This document shows, in pieces, positions 8,046-18,117 of a DNA stretch of 26,529 nucleotides. The notes under the pieces were generated by a model. That model was not told where the DNA came from and made no database searches. It saw only the letters and a list, made by a program, of their open reading frames with translations. Position 1 is the first letter of the stretch, and every line of letters starts with the position of its first letter. The DNA is from an uncultured Ruminococcus sp. (lineage in GTDB: Bacteria > Bacillota > Clostridia > Oscillospirales > CAG-272): the NCBI GenBank assembly GCA_902796505.1, contig CADBPA010000182.1, positions 1 through 26,529 of the forward strand, given 5' to 3'. A program made the translations under genes and the position numbers.

Positions 8046-9953
8046 GTGAGCAACGACGGCGGAATGGCGGCGTATCTGTTCCATCAGGGAACGAACACCT
8101 ACGCATACGAATATCTCGGCGCGTCCCGCGTCCGGAGCGGAGAAGGATACGACTACGTCTTCCGCACCTGGGCGCCGAACGCCGACGAGGTATCCCTTGT
8201 CTCGGATTTTACCGGATGGGATTCTCCCGTGCGGATGGAGAGGGTGACCGAGCGCGGCGTTTATGAACTCATCTTTCATTCGGAGCGGGATCTCGACGGC
8301 TCGGCGTACAAATATCTGATCCGCCGGGGCGGCAGAAGCCTCTACAAAGGCGATCCCTATGCGCGCTATTGCCGGACGGGACTTGACGGCGCGTCGATCC
8401 TTTTCACCTCGACCTATCGCTTTTCGGACGAGAGCTGGTATCCTGCGCGCAGAAAGGCGATCCTCGGCGAAAACGGCAGATTCTGCCCTTCGCCGATCAG
8501 CATTTACGAAGTGCACGCGGCGAGCTTTGCGCGGCGCGAGGACGGCGGATTCCTCTCCTATCGGGAGCTTTGCGATCTGCTTCTTCCATACGTCAAGAGT
8601 ATGGGATTCACGCACGTGGAATTTCTCCCTCTCGCGGAATACCCCTATGACGGCTCCTGGGGCTATCAGGTCTGCGGCTTTTATGCGCCGACTTCTCGCT
8701 TCGGCGATCCGGATGGGCTTCGCTATCTTGTCGATACCTTCCATCGAAACGGCGTCGGAGTGATCCTCGACTGGGTGCCGGCGCATTTCCCGAAAGACGA
8801 ATGGGGGCTTTACGAATTCGACGGCGCGCCGCTTTACGAATACCAGGGGAAAGACCGGCAGGAATCCCGTTCCTGGGGAACGCGCTTCTTCGACCTCGGC
8901 AGGGAGGAGGTACAGTCCTTCCTGATTTCAAACGCCCTGTATTTCTTCCGGGAATTTCACGTGGACGGTCTGCGCGTGGACGCCGTCGCCTCGATGCTCT
9001 ATCTCGATTACGACAGAGAACCGGACGAGTGGATCCCCAACGCGAACGGAACGAATATCAATCTGGAAGCCGTCGCTTTCTTCCGCAAGCTGAACACGGC
9101 GGTCTTCGCCGAGAATCCCGACGCGCTGATGATCGCGGAAGAATCCACGAGTTTCTCCTCCATCACAAAGCCGGTGCACGAAGGCGGCCTCGGTTTCAAT
9201 TTCAAGTGGAATATGGGATTTGCCAACGACCTTTTCGACTACGTCGCGACCGATCCGTATTTCCGCGCCGGAAAGCACTCCGCGCTGAATTTTCCGCTGA
9301 TGTACGCTTTCACGGAAAACTATATTCTTCCGATCTCGCACGACGAGGTCGTTCACGGAAAGAAATCGCTGATCGACAAGTGCTGCGGCGGCTATGAAGA
9401 GAAGTTTTCGACCGCCCGCGCGCTGCTCCTGCTTCAGATGACCTACCCAGGCAAGAAAATGATCTTTATGGGATGCGAGTTCGCGCAGTTCCGGGAATGG
9501 GACTTCGAGCATTCGCTCGAATGGTTCATGCTCGACTATCCGGCGCACCGCGCCTTCCGGGAATACGTCGCGTCGCTTCTGCGGCTGTATCTGGAACGCC
9601 CGGAGCTTTATGAACTGGATTTTACGCCCGACGGATTTGAATGGATCCTGCCGGACGAGAGCGAAAAGAATCTCGTCGCCTATCGCAGAAAGAGCATTTC
9701 CGGGAAGGCGCTGACGGTCGTCGTCAGCTTTTCCGGGACCGAGCAGACCGTCCGGATCCCCTGCACGAAAGACGGACTGTCGCCGCTGTTCGTTTCGGTC
9801 GAGACCGGGGCGCTCGCGGACGGGGCGATCCGCATCGGGCGCATACGAAACCGCTACTACGCAAATATTACCGTTCCGCCTCTTTCCGGGATGATCCTGA
9901 CCGAAGAGGCAAATCAAACGATCGTAATAAAGGAGAACGAAAATGTATTGTAA
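8046..9953 (+). CDS. glgB: 1,4-alpha-glucan branching enzyme (GH13)
   Basis: [21 protein letters not shown], catalytic [11 protein letters not shown] and [18 protein letters not shown]. Start set at GTG 8046 after GAGGAGGA, because ATG 8007 abuts the -10 box. Confidence 0.97.
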   Translation: MSNDGGMAAYLFHQGTNTYAYEYLGASRVRSGEGYDYVFRTWAPNADEVSLVSDFTGWDSPVRMERVTERGVYELIFHSERDLDGSAYKYLIRRGGRSLYKGDPYARYCRTGLDGASILFTSTYRFSDESWYPARRKAILGENGRFCPSPISIYEVHAASFARREDGGFLSYRELCDLLLPYVKSMGFTHVEFLPLAEYPYDGSWGYQVCGFYAPTSRFGDPDGLRYLVDTFHRNGVGVILDWVPAHFPKDEWGLYEFDGAPLYEYQGKDRQESRSWGTRFFDLGREEVQSFLISNALYFFREFHVDGLRVDAVASMLYLDYDREPDEWIPNANGTNINLEAVAFFRKLNTAVFAENPDALMIAEESTSFSSITKPVHEGGLGFNFKWNMGFANDLFDYVATDPYFRAGKHSALNFPLMYAFTENYILPISHDEVVHGKKSLIDKCCGGYEEKFSTARALLLLQMTYPGKKMIFMGCEFAQFREWDFEHSLEWFMLDYPAHRAFREYVASLLRLYLERPELYELDFTPDGFEWILPDESEKNLVAYRRKSISGKALTVVVSFSGTEQTVRIPCTKDGLSPLFVSVETGALADGAIRIGRIRNRYYANITVPPLSGMILTEEANQTIVIKENENVL

Positions 9954-11103
9954 AAAAGAATGCATCGCAATGCTTCTTGCGGGCGGACAGGGGTCAAGGC
10001 TTTACGACCTGACCAAAATGACCGCGAAGCCCGCGGTATCTTTCGGAGGAAAATATAAGATCATTGATTTCCCGCTTTCCAACTGCATCAATTCCGGAAT
10101 CGATACCGTCGGTGTTCTGACGCAATATCAGCCGCTTGCTCTGAACGAATATATGGGCAACGGCGCGACCTGGGATCTCGACCGCACGCGCGGCGGCCTT
10201 TCGGTCCTTCCTCCGTATCAGGGCAACCAGAAATCCGACTGGTACAAAGGCACGGCGAACGCCATCTATCAGAACATCAACTTCATTCGCCAATATAATC
10301 CGGATTACGTGCTGATCCTGTCGGGCGACCATATCTACCGCATGGACTATTCCAAAATGCTCGAACAGCACAAGGCGACCGGCGCCGCCTGCACGATCGC
10401 TACGATCACCGTGCCGATCGAAGAGGCGTCCCGCTTCGGCATCTGCAACACGGGAGCCGACAACTCGATCTATGAATTTGAAGAAAAGCCGAAGAAGCCG
10501 AAGAACAATCAGGCTTCCATGGGCATCTATATTTTCTCGACGCCGAAGCTCATCGAGTATCTCGAGCGCGACGAAGCGCGGGAGAATTCCTCGAACGACT
10601 TCGGGAAAGACGTGATCCCGGATCTGCTCGCGAGCGGCGAAAAACTCTTCGCCTACCGTTTCAGCGGATACTGGAAAGACGTCGGGACGATTTCTTCGCT
10701 CTGGGAATCGAATATGGACCTGATCGGAGAAAATCCGACGCTCTCGCTTTCCGACCGCTCTTTCCGCGTCTATTCGCGCAACACCGCGCGCGCCCCGCAG
10801 TATCTCGGCAAGACCTCCAAAACCGTCAATTCGCTGATCTCGGAAGGCTGCCGCATCTACGGCGAGGTCGAAAACTCGATCCTTTCGGGCGGCGTCGTCG
10901 TCGAAGAGGGCGCCGAGGTGCGCGACTCGGTCATCATGGAGGACGTCGTGATCCGCAAGGGCGCGAAGATCTATACCTCCATCGTGGACTCGGATACGAT
11001 CGTGGAAGCCGGCGCGACCGTCGGCCACAAGGGAGCAGACAAAAATGACATCACGGTGATCGGCAAGGGAAGCGTCATCCGCCCCGCCGATCCGATCGGA
11101 TAA
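9943..11103 (+). CDS. glgC: Glucose-1-phosphate adenylyltransferase, catalytic subunit
   Basis: [50 protein letters not shown]; overlaps glgB by 11 nt. Confidence 0.97.
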   Translation: MYCKKECIAMLLAGGQGSRLYDLTKMTAKPAVSFGGKYKIIDFPLSNCINSGIDTVGVLTQYQPLALNEYMGNGATWDLDRTRGGLSVLPPYQGNQKSDWYKGTANAIYQNINFIRQYNPDYVLILSGDHIYRMDYSKMLEQHKATGAACTIATITVPIEEASRFGICNTGADNSIYEFEEKPKKPKNNQASMGIYIFSTPKLIEYLERDEARENSSNDFGKDVIPDLLASGEKLFAYRFSGYWKDVGTISSLWESNMDLIGENPTLSLSDRSFRVYSRNTARAPQYLGKTSKTVNSLISEGCRIYGEVENSILSGGVVVEEGAEVRDSVIMEDVVIRKGAKIYTSIVDSDTIVEAGATVGHKGADKNDITVIGKGSVIRPADPIG

Positions 11104-11115
11104 GGAGGAGCAACC

Positions 11116-12246
11116 ATGGCAACCAATGCAGCCGGAATCATTTTTTCCAACCTCAACGACAACACCCTCTCGCGTATGACCGCCGAGCGCACCGTCGCCG
11201 CGATCCCCTTCGCCTGCCGCTATCGGCTGGTGGACTTCTGCCTCTCGAATCTCGTCAACGCGGACATCTCGAATATCAGCATCATCGCCAATTACAACTA
11301 CCGCGCGCTCGCCGAGCATATCGGAAGCGGTAAAGACTGGGATCTGGCGAGAAGAAATGGCGGCGTGCGCCTGATCTCCCCCTACAGCACCGCGCGCAGC
11401 GGCGCGGCGCGGCTCTATTCCACCCATATGGAAGCGCTGAAAAATATGCGCGAATATATCCGCGATCTCGGCGAGGAATACGTCATCATCATGGATTCGG
11501 ACAACGTTCTGAACATCGATCTGCACGAAGTGCTGAATCTGCACAAGAAGACCGACGCGAACATCACGATGGTGACGATGCCGGTCGGCAAAGATTTCTC
11601 GTCGAAGCATCCGCGCCTGATGATCTCCTCGGTCGCAGGGAAGGTGACCGACATCGCGCTCAGTTCGACCTATAAGGCGACGCATCCCGAAGTCTCTCTG
11701 ACGATCTGGGTGATGCGCACCGACTATCTGCTCGGTCTGATCGACGAGGCGGACGCTTACAACCTCGACAGCCTGACCAATATGCTGATCAAGAATTTCC
11801 GGCATATGAACATCCGTTCCTATTGCTATACCGGTTACGTCGCGTCGGTTTCGAGCTTCCTCGACTATTATCGCTGCTCGATCGAGCTTACGACAAACGA
11901 AAAGGCGCGCGAATCGCTTCTCTGGAAGGAGAGCGCACCGATCTTTACGCGCGTACATAACTCCGCTCCGACCGTCTATTCGGCGAACGCAAAGGTCTCC
12001 GACTCGATGATCGCCGACGACTGCGTGATCGAGGGAGAAGTCATCAACTCGGTGCTGTTCCGCGGCGTCAAGGTCGGTCGGGGCGCGGTGATCCGCGATT
12101 CGGTCCTCTTTGCCGGAACGACCGTCGGGAAGAACGCGTCGCTGACCTCGATCGTTACCGATGAGGACGTTGTGGTCTCGGACGGAACGTCTCTCGCCGG
12201 CAACCTCAATATGCCGTTCTACATCCAGCGCGGAAGAAAGGTCTGA
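11116..12246 (+). CDS. glgD: Glucose-1-phosphate adenylyltransferase accessory subunit GlgD
   Basis: GlgC paralog lacking catalytic motifs: PFACRYRLVDFCLSN, HIGSGKDWDLARR, C-terminal beta-helix repeats. Follows glgC with a TAAGGAGG SD. Confidence 0.93.
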   Translation: MATNAAGIIFSNLNDNTLSRMTAERTVAAIPFACRYRLVDFCLSNLVNADISNISIIANYNYRALAEHIGSGKDWDLARRNGGVRLISPYSTARSGAARLYSTHMEALKNMREYIRDLGEEYVIIMDSDNVLNIDLHEVLNLHKKTDANITMVTMPVGKDFSSKHPRLMISSVAGKVTDIALSSTYKATHPEVSLTIWVMRTDYLLGLIDEADAYNLDSLTNMLIKNFRHMNIRSYCYTGYVASVSSFLDYYRCSIELTTNEKARESLLWKESAPIFTRVHNSAPTVYSANAKVSDSMIADDCVIEGEVINSVLFRGVKVGRGAVIRDSVLFAGTTVGKNASLTSIVTDEDVVVSDGTSLAGNLNMPFYIQRGRKV

Positions 12247-12252
12247 TCGACA

Positions 12253-13683
12253 ATGAAAATTCTTTTTGTCACCTCCGAGGCGGAGCCTTACGCCGCGTCG
12301 GGCGGTCTCGGCGACGTGATGGGCGCGCTTCCGCACGCGATCCGGGAAAGCGATCCTTCGGCTGAGGTTTCGGTGATCCTGCCGCTTTACGCAAAGATGA
12401 AGGAGGAATATCGCGCCAAAATGGAGAAGGTCGCCGATATTTCCTTCTCTCTCTCCTGGAGAAAGACGGGAGCGTCGATCTTCCGCATCAGCGACCGGCA
12501 GGTCGATTACTATTTCGTCGAGCATCACGGCTATTTTGACCGCCCGAATCTCTACGGAGAATACGACGACGCGGAGCGCTTTGCCTTTTTCTCGCAGGCG
12601 GTCGTGGAATTCATGCGGCAGACGGACTTCGTCCCGGATATCCTGCACGCCAACGACTGGCAGGCAGCCCTCGCCGTCATCTATCTGAAAACCGCCTACG
12701 CAAAGGAAAAACGCTTTGCGAATCTGCGGACGGTCTATACCGTTCATAATATCGAATATCAGGGAAAATTCGACGGATTTTTGCTCGGCGACGTTTTCGG
12801 GCTTCACGAAGAACATCGCTCGGTACTCGAATACGACGGATGCCTGAATCTCATGAAAGGCGCGCTGACCGTTTCGGACTTCATCACCACCGTCAGCCCG
12901 CATTACGCCGAAGAACTGACCGACGATTTCTTCGCCTACGGCCTCGCTCCGGTCATCGCCGGAGTCCGTACAAAGACCGAAGGGGTGATCAACGGCATCG
13001 ATTACGGCAGATTTTCTCCCGAAACCGGGGGAGATATCCCGTTTTCCTACGGCAAAAGCGATCTGACGCGCGGCAAGGCGAAAAATAAAGCGGCGCTGCA
13101 GAAGCTGCTCGGACTCCCCGAACGCCCCGGCGTTCCGCTCTGCGTGATGATCACGCGGCTTGCCGGGCAGAAGGGGATCGATCTCGTCGCCTCCGCGACC
13201 GAAGAGATCCTCGCCAAGGACCTGCAATTCGTCGTTCTCGGAACGGGAGACGCGCATTACGAAGAATTTCTCCGCGCGGCAGAGACTGCGCATCCCGACA
13301 AAATGCGCGCGCTGATCCGCTTTGACCGGGCGCTCTCCAAGCAGATGTACGCCGCGGCGGATATCTTCCTGATGCCGTCCAAGACCGAACCCTGCGGACT
13401 TGCCCAGATGATCGCCTGCTCCTACGGCACGGTACCGGTGGTGCGCGCGGTCGGAGGGCTTTCCGACACGATCGTCCCGTACGGCGAGCCGGGAGCAAAC
13501 GGATTCCGCTTCGACCGTTACGACGCAAGGGAACTTTTCGACGCGCTCTCCCGCGCAACAGATCTCTATCGGGACGTCAAAAAATGGCGCAAACTGCGTG
13601 CGGCGGCAAAGGCATCTGATTTCAGTTGGAACAAGTCTGCCGAAAAATATCTTCAAATTTACAATAATATCAAAGAATGGTAA
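12253..13683 (+). CDS. glgA: Glycogen synthase (GT5)
   Basis: SGGLGDV, LHANDWQ, TVHNIEYQG, NGID, TRLAGQKG, MPSKTEPCGLAQM, VGGLSDT. Confidence 0.97.
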   Translation: MKILFVTSEAEPYAASGGLGDVMGALPHAIRESDPSAEVSVILPLYAKMKEEYRAKMEKVADISFSLSWRKTGASIFRISDRQVDYYFVEHHGYFDRPNLYGEYDDAERFAFFSQAVVEFMRQTDFVPDILHANDWQAALAVIYLKTAYAKEKRFANLRTVYTVHNIEYQGKFDGFLLGDVFGLHEEHRSVLEYDGCLNLMKGALTVSDFITTVSPHYAEELTDDFFAYGLAPVIAGVRTKTEGVINGIDYGRFSPETGGDIPFSYGKSDLTRGKAKNKAALQKLLGLPERPGVPLCVMITRLAGQKGIDLVASATEEILAKDLQFVVLGTGDAHYEEFLRAAETAHPDKMRALIRFDRALSKQMYAAADIFLMPSKTEPCGLAQMIACSYGTVPVVRAVGGLSDTIVPYGEPGANGFRFDRYDARELFDALSRATDLYRDVKKWRKLRAAAKASDFSWNKSAEKYLQIYNNIKEW

Positions 13684-13721
13684 ACTGCGGAGGAACTCCG
13701 CAGCAGAGGAAAAAACGATTC

Positions 13722-16190
13722 ATGGCAAATATCAAAAGCGAACTTCTCAAAGGTGACCGCAAACAGATCTCGGAAAAGGAACTGCGTGCCTCCATCGAAG
13801 CAAAACTCTACGCTCACGGAGCGAGCGATCTCTCGAAACTGACCGACGAGCAGATCTATCAGGCGACGGTCTACGCCTTAAAAGACATTCTTCTTGCCGA
13901 CAGAGCCGATTTCAAGCGGCGCACGAAAGCGGTCGGCGCAAAGAAAGTCTGCTATATCTGTATAGAATTTCTGGTCGGCAGATCGCTGCGCAACGTGGCG
14001 AACAACATCGGCGTTTACGATGCGCTCTGCAGGATCTACTCCTCGCTCGGAACGAGTTTTGAAAAGGTCTATTCCTGCGAGCCGGATCCCGGACTCGGCA
14101 ACGGCGGCCTCGGGCGGCTTGCCGCCTGCTTTATGGACTCGCTCTCGGCGCTCGATTATTCGGCCGGCGGCTACTCGCTGCTCTACGAAAACGGTCTGTT
14201 CCGCCAGAGGATCATCGACGGCGAGCAGGTCGAGCTTTCGGACGAATGGCTGACCGGGGGTGGGCATTGGCTCGTTCCGCGCCCCGAAAAGAGCATCACC
14301 GTCCGCTTCGGCGGCAGATACGAAGAGGTCTGGACCGACGGGAAACTCAATATCGTCTATCACGACTGCGACGAGGTCAAGGCCGTTCCGTACGATCTTC
14401 TCGTCCCCGGCACGACCACGAACGCGACGAATACCATCCGCCTCTGGAGAGCGCGGCAGGCACACAGTTCGATTTTTGATTATACCTCGCAAAGCTCTTA
14501 CGTGCAGAAGGTGAACGAATCGGATATCGCGGAGAGCATCACGAAGCAGCTCTATCCCCCCGATCATCACGACGAGGGAAAACTGCTCCGCCTCACGCAG
14601 CAGTATCTGCTCGTTTCCGCCTCGCTGCAAAGTATCATCACCGATTATTTTGCCGAACACGGCTCTCTCGCCGGGTTTGAAGAAAAGATTGCGATCCATA
14701 TCAACGATACGCATCCCGCCCTTTGCATTCCCGAACTGATGCGTATTCTGATGGACGTCTATTCCTACAGCTGGGAGGACGCATGGTCGGTCGTCGTCAA
14801 GAGCGTATCCTATACCAACCACACGGTGCTTCCCGAAGCGCTTGAATGCTGGCGGCTGGACCTTTTCTCGATGAAACTGCCGCGCATTTTTGCGATCGTC
14901 AACGAGATCAACCGCCGCTTTACCGCCGATCTCTGGAATCTTTATCCCGGCGACTGGGACAGGATCTCCCGGATGTCGATCGTCGCGTACAATCAAGTGC
15001 GCATGGCGAACCTTTCGGTCGTCGGATCGCACACGGTCAACGGCGTTTCCAAGCTCCACAGCGATATTCTGACGAAAACCATCTTCCACGATTTCTATAA
15101 AATGACGCCGTGGAAGTTCACCAACGTGACCAACGGCGTCGTGCATCGGCGCTGGCTCTGCTCGGCGAACCCCCGGCTCTGCTCGCTTCTCGACGAGCTG
15201 ATCGGGAAGGACTACCGCGAAAACGCCGACAGACTTTCGGATCTTGAGCAATATGCGGAGGATCCGTCCGTTCTTGCCCGCCTCGGCGAGATCAAATCGG
15301 CAAACAAAGAGGATTTCGCGCATTACGTTTTCGCGCGCACCGGGCGGAGGATCGATCCGTCTTCCGTCTACGACGTGCAGATCAAGCGGATGCACGAATA
15401 TAAGAGGCAGCTGCTGAACGTTCTGAAAATTCTCGATCTTTCCTGCCGCCTGCACGAGGATCCTCACGCCGATATTCCGCCCCAGACCTTCCTCTTCGGA
15501 TGCAAGGCCGCTCCGGGCTACGCGATGGCGAAAAAACTCATCAAGCTGATCTGGTTCCTCTCGGAGGAGCTCGAACGCGATCCGGTCACGAAAGACCGGC
15601 TGAAAGTCGTCTTTCTCGAAGAATACAACGTCTCGCTTGCCGAGAAGATCATTCCGGCGGCGGACATTTCGGAGCAGATCTCGCTCGCCGGAAAGGAAGC
15701 GAGCGGCACCGGCTGTATGAAACTTATGATGAACGGAGCGGTCACCCTCGGAACGCTCGACGGCGCGAACGTCGAGATCCTCGACGCGGTGGGAGCCGAG
15801 AACATCTATATCTTCGGCCTCAACACGCCGGAGGTGGAGGAGCTTTGGCGCAACGGATACGTCTCGCGCGATTTCTATCACCGCTCCGAGCGCCTGCGCC
15901 GGGCGGTCGATCGCCTCAATGCGCCGATCGGCGGCCAGAATTTCTCGCAGATCGCCGATTATCTCATCGGCGGCAACGGCATCGCCGATCCCTTCATGTG
16001 CCTGACCGATTTTGATTCCTACGTTCATACCCACGAACGCCTTCTTGCCGATCGCCAAGATCCCATGCTGCGCAACCGTATCTCGCTTTATAATATCGCG
16101 CGCAGCGGCAGATTCGCCTCGGATAACAGTATCCGGCATTACGCGGACGAGATCTGGCATATCAAGCCGGTCCGCGAGGGCAAGGGATGA
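13722..16190 (+). CDS. glgP: Glycogen/maltodextrin phosphorylase (GT35)
   Basis: LGNGGLGRLAACF, INDTHP, YTNHT, KRMHEYKRQLLN, EASGTGCMK with the PLP lysine. Start set at ATG 13722 (AGAGGA SD). Confidence 0.97.
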   Translation: MANIKSELLKGDRKQISEKELRASIEAKLYAHGASDLSKLTDEQIYQATVYALKDILLADRADFKRRTKAVGAKKVCYICIEFLVGRSLRNVANNIGVYDALCRIYSSLGTSFEKVYSCEPDPGLGNGGLGRLAACFMDSLSALDYSAGGYSLLYENGLFRQRIIDGEQVELSDEWLTGGGHWLVPRPEKSITVRFGGRYEEVWTDGKLNIVYHDCDEVKAVPYDLLVPGTTTNATNTIRLWRARQAHSSIFDYTSQSSYVQKVNESDIAESITKQLYPPDHHDEGKLLRLTQQYLLVSASLQSIITDYFAEHGSLAGFEEKIAIHINDTHPALCIPELMRILMDVYSYSWEDAWSVVVKSVSYTNHTVLPEALECWRLDLFSMKLPRIFAIVNEINRRFTADLWNLYPGDWDRISRMSIVAYNQVRMANLSVVGSHTVNGVSKLHSDILTKTIFHDFYKMTPWKFTNVTNGVVHRRWLCSANPRLCSLLDELIGKDYRENADRLSDLEQYAEDPSVLARLGEIKSANKEDFAHYVFARTGRRIDPSSVYDVQIKRMHEYKRQLLNVLKILDLSCRLHEDPHADIPPQTFLFGCKAAPGYAMAKKLIKLIWFLSEELERDPVTKDRLKVVFLEEYNVSLAEKIIPAADISEQISLAGKEASGTGCMKLMMNGAVTLGTLDGANVEILDAVGAENIYIFGLNTPEVEELWRNGYVSRDFYHRSERLRRAVDRLNAPIGGQNFSQIADYLIGGNGIADPFMCLTDFDSYVHTHERLLADRQDPMLRNRISLYNIARSGRFASDNSIRHYADEIWHIKPVREGKG

Positions 16191-18094
16191 CGACGCAGAG
16201 CGGGCCGTTCCGCCACCCGGTCGGCGCTCCGCCGCACGCGGCAAGTTTGTTGTTTTCCCACGACGGATTTGAAAACCGCTCCGGCGCCTTTCTTTCGGGC
16301 GAGCGCAAAGAGATCCTTCTTCTGATCCCGCGCGCCGCCGGCTGCACCTTGGCGTCCGCCGTTCTGCTTTCGGAGAGCGGCGAGCGCGTCGCGCTTCTGA
16401 AAGGGGATTTTTCCGGCATTTCGTCGGGAAGAGACCGTTACCGCTTTCGCATCCCGGAGGAATGGGACAAACCGTCGCTTCTGTTTCTGATTTTTATGCT
16501 GGACACGGCGTTCGGAAAGAAATCGCTTACCGGGAACGCCTTTCACGCGCCGATCGGCTCGCGCGATACCCCCGGCCGCTTTCAGATCTCCATCAGCGAT
16601 CAGGCGCAGCCGGGTTGCCCGAAAAAGCCGGAGATCCTCTATCATATCTTTGTCGACCGCTTTGCAAAAAGCGGAAAAAGCCCCCAAAAACCGGGGCCGC
16701 GGTGGGACGAAGAGATCCCCGAATATCCGCCGTACCCCGGCGCGCCGCTGCGCAACGATTTCTTTTACGGCGGCGACCTTTACGGGATCGCCGAAAAACT
16801 CGACCGGCTTTCCTCGCTCGGCGTCAGCCTGATCTATCTCTCGCCGATTTTTGAAAGCCCCTCCAATCACAAATACGACACCGCCGATTACGAGAAGATC
16901 GACGAAGGCTTCGGCGGAGAGGACGCCCTCCGGGAGTTGATCGCCGCGGCGAAGGCGCGCGGAATGCGGATCATCCTCGACGGCGTTTTCAACCACACCG
17001 GCGCCGACAGCCGCTATTTTGATCGCTACGGCCGTTACGAAGAGCCGGGCGCGTATCAATCGAAGAACTCGCGCTATTTCTCCTGGTATGATTTTCAGCA
17101 TTATCCCGATCGCTACGCCTGCTGGTGGAACATCGAGATCCTGCCGCGTATCCGCACCGGCTGCGTCGATTTTGAAAATTATATCGCCGGCGAGGGCGGC
17201 GTGATCGACCGCTACACGAAAATGGGCATCGGAGGCATGCGCCTCGACGTGGTGGATGAACTGCGCGATTCCTTTATCCGCCGCATCCGTCAGGCGCTCT
17301 TGCGCGACGGCGAGGAGCGGCTGCTCTTCGGCGAGGTCTGGGAGGACGGATCGAACAAGATCGCATACGGAGAGCGGAAGCGCTACTATCTCGGAGGAGA
17401 ACTCGACGGCGTGATGAATTATCCGCTCCGCCGCGGCATCCTCTCCTATCTGCGCGACGGCGAGACCGACGCGCTTCTCACGGCGCTTGAAGATATACAG
17501 GCAAACGCGCCGAAGCCGATCCGCGACCGGCAGATGAATCTGCTCGGCACGCACGACACCGAGCGGGTGCTGACCGCGCTTGCCGGGGAACTTCCCGACG
17601 GAAAGAGCGCGGACGAACGCTGCGCCGCGCGCATGAGTGACGAGGAGTACCGAACAGGGAAGAGAATGCTCTGCGCCGCCTTTACCCTGCTTGCCACGCT
17701 GCCGGGCATCCCGGCGATCTATTACGGCGACGAGGCGGGGATGCAGGGCTACGCCGATCCCTTCAACCGCCGCACCTATCCGTGGGGAAAAGAGGACGAA
17801 GAGATTCTTTCGCATTACGAAACCGTCGGGCGCATCCGCCGCTCGCACTCCGTATACGGCGACGGGCGATTCCGTCTTCTGTTCTGTGACCGGGATCTTT
17901 TGATCTTTACAAGAGAGAATGAAAACGATACGCTCCTGACGGCGCTCAACCGCTCGAAAAAAAAGCGCGAACTCCGGCTCTCCTCACCCGGACGGGATCT
18001 GTTTTCCGGCAGGCGAGCCAAGCGGCATTTGCTTTCTCCGATGAGCGCGATCCTTCTGCGCGTTCATCCAAACGACGATTTACAAATTCAATAA
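16187..18094 (+). CDS. Cytoplasmic GH13 hydrolase (neopullulanase/cyclomaltodextrinase/amylopullulanase-like)
   Basis: GGDLYGIAEKLD, SNHKYDT, LDGVFNHTG, catalytic GMRLDVVDE / GEVWED / LGTHDT, IYYGDEAG, DPFNRRTYPWG. ATGA overlap with glgP; no signal peptide. Confidence 0.92.
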   Translation: MTTQSGPFRHPVGAPPHAASLLFSHDGFENRSGAFLSGERKEILLLIPRAAGCTLASAVLLSESGERVALLKGDFSGISSGRDRYRFRIPEEWDKPSLLFLIFMLDTAFGKKSLTGNAFHAPIGSRDTPGRFQISISDQAQPGCPKKPEILYHIFVDRFAKSGKSPQKPGPRWDEEIPEYPPYPGAPLRNDFFYGGDLYGIAEKLDRLSSLGVSLIYLSPIFESPSNHKYDTADYEKIDEGFGGEDALRELIAAAKARGMRIILDGVFNHTGADSRYFDRYGRYEEPGAYQSKNSRYFSWYDFQHYPDRYACWWNIEILPRIRTGCVDFENYIAGEGGVIDRYTKMGIGGMRLDVVDELRDSFIRRIRQALLRDGEERLLFGEVWEDGSNKIAYGERKRYYLGGELDGVMNYPLRRGILSYLRDGETDALLTALEDIQANAPKPIRDRQMNLLGTHDTERVLTALAGELPDGKSADERCAARMSDEEYRTGKRMLCAAFTLLATLPGIPAIYYGDEAGMQGYADPFNRRTYPWGKEDEEILSHYETVGRIRRSHSVYGDGRFRLLFCDRDLLIFTRENENDTLLTALNRSKKKRELRLSSPGRDLFSGRRAKRHLLSPMSAILLRVHPNDDLQIQ

Positions 18095-18117
18095 AAGACA
18101 GATAAAAAGAGGCAGAA

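Noticed and set aside
9994-13656. 1220-aa ORF on the minus strand
   Set aside because: Exact antisense register of glgC/glgD/glgA. It stays open because CTA/TTA/TCA codons are rare in this genome and the three genes share a frame. No recognisable motifs.
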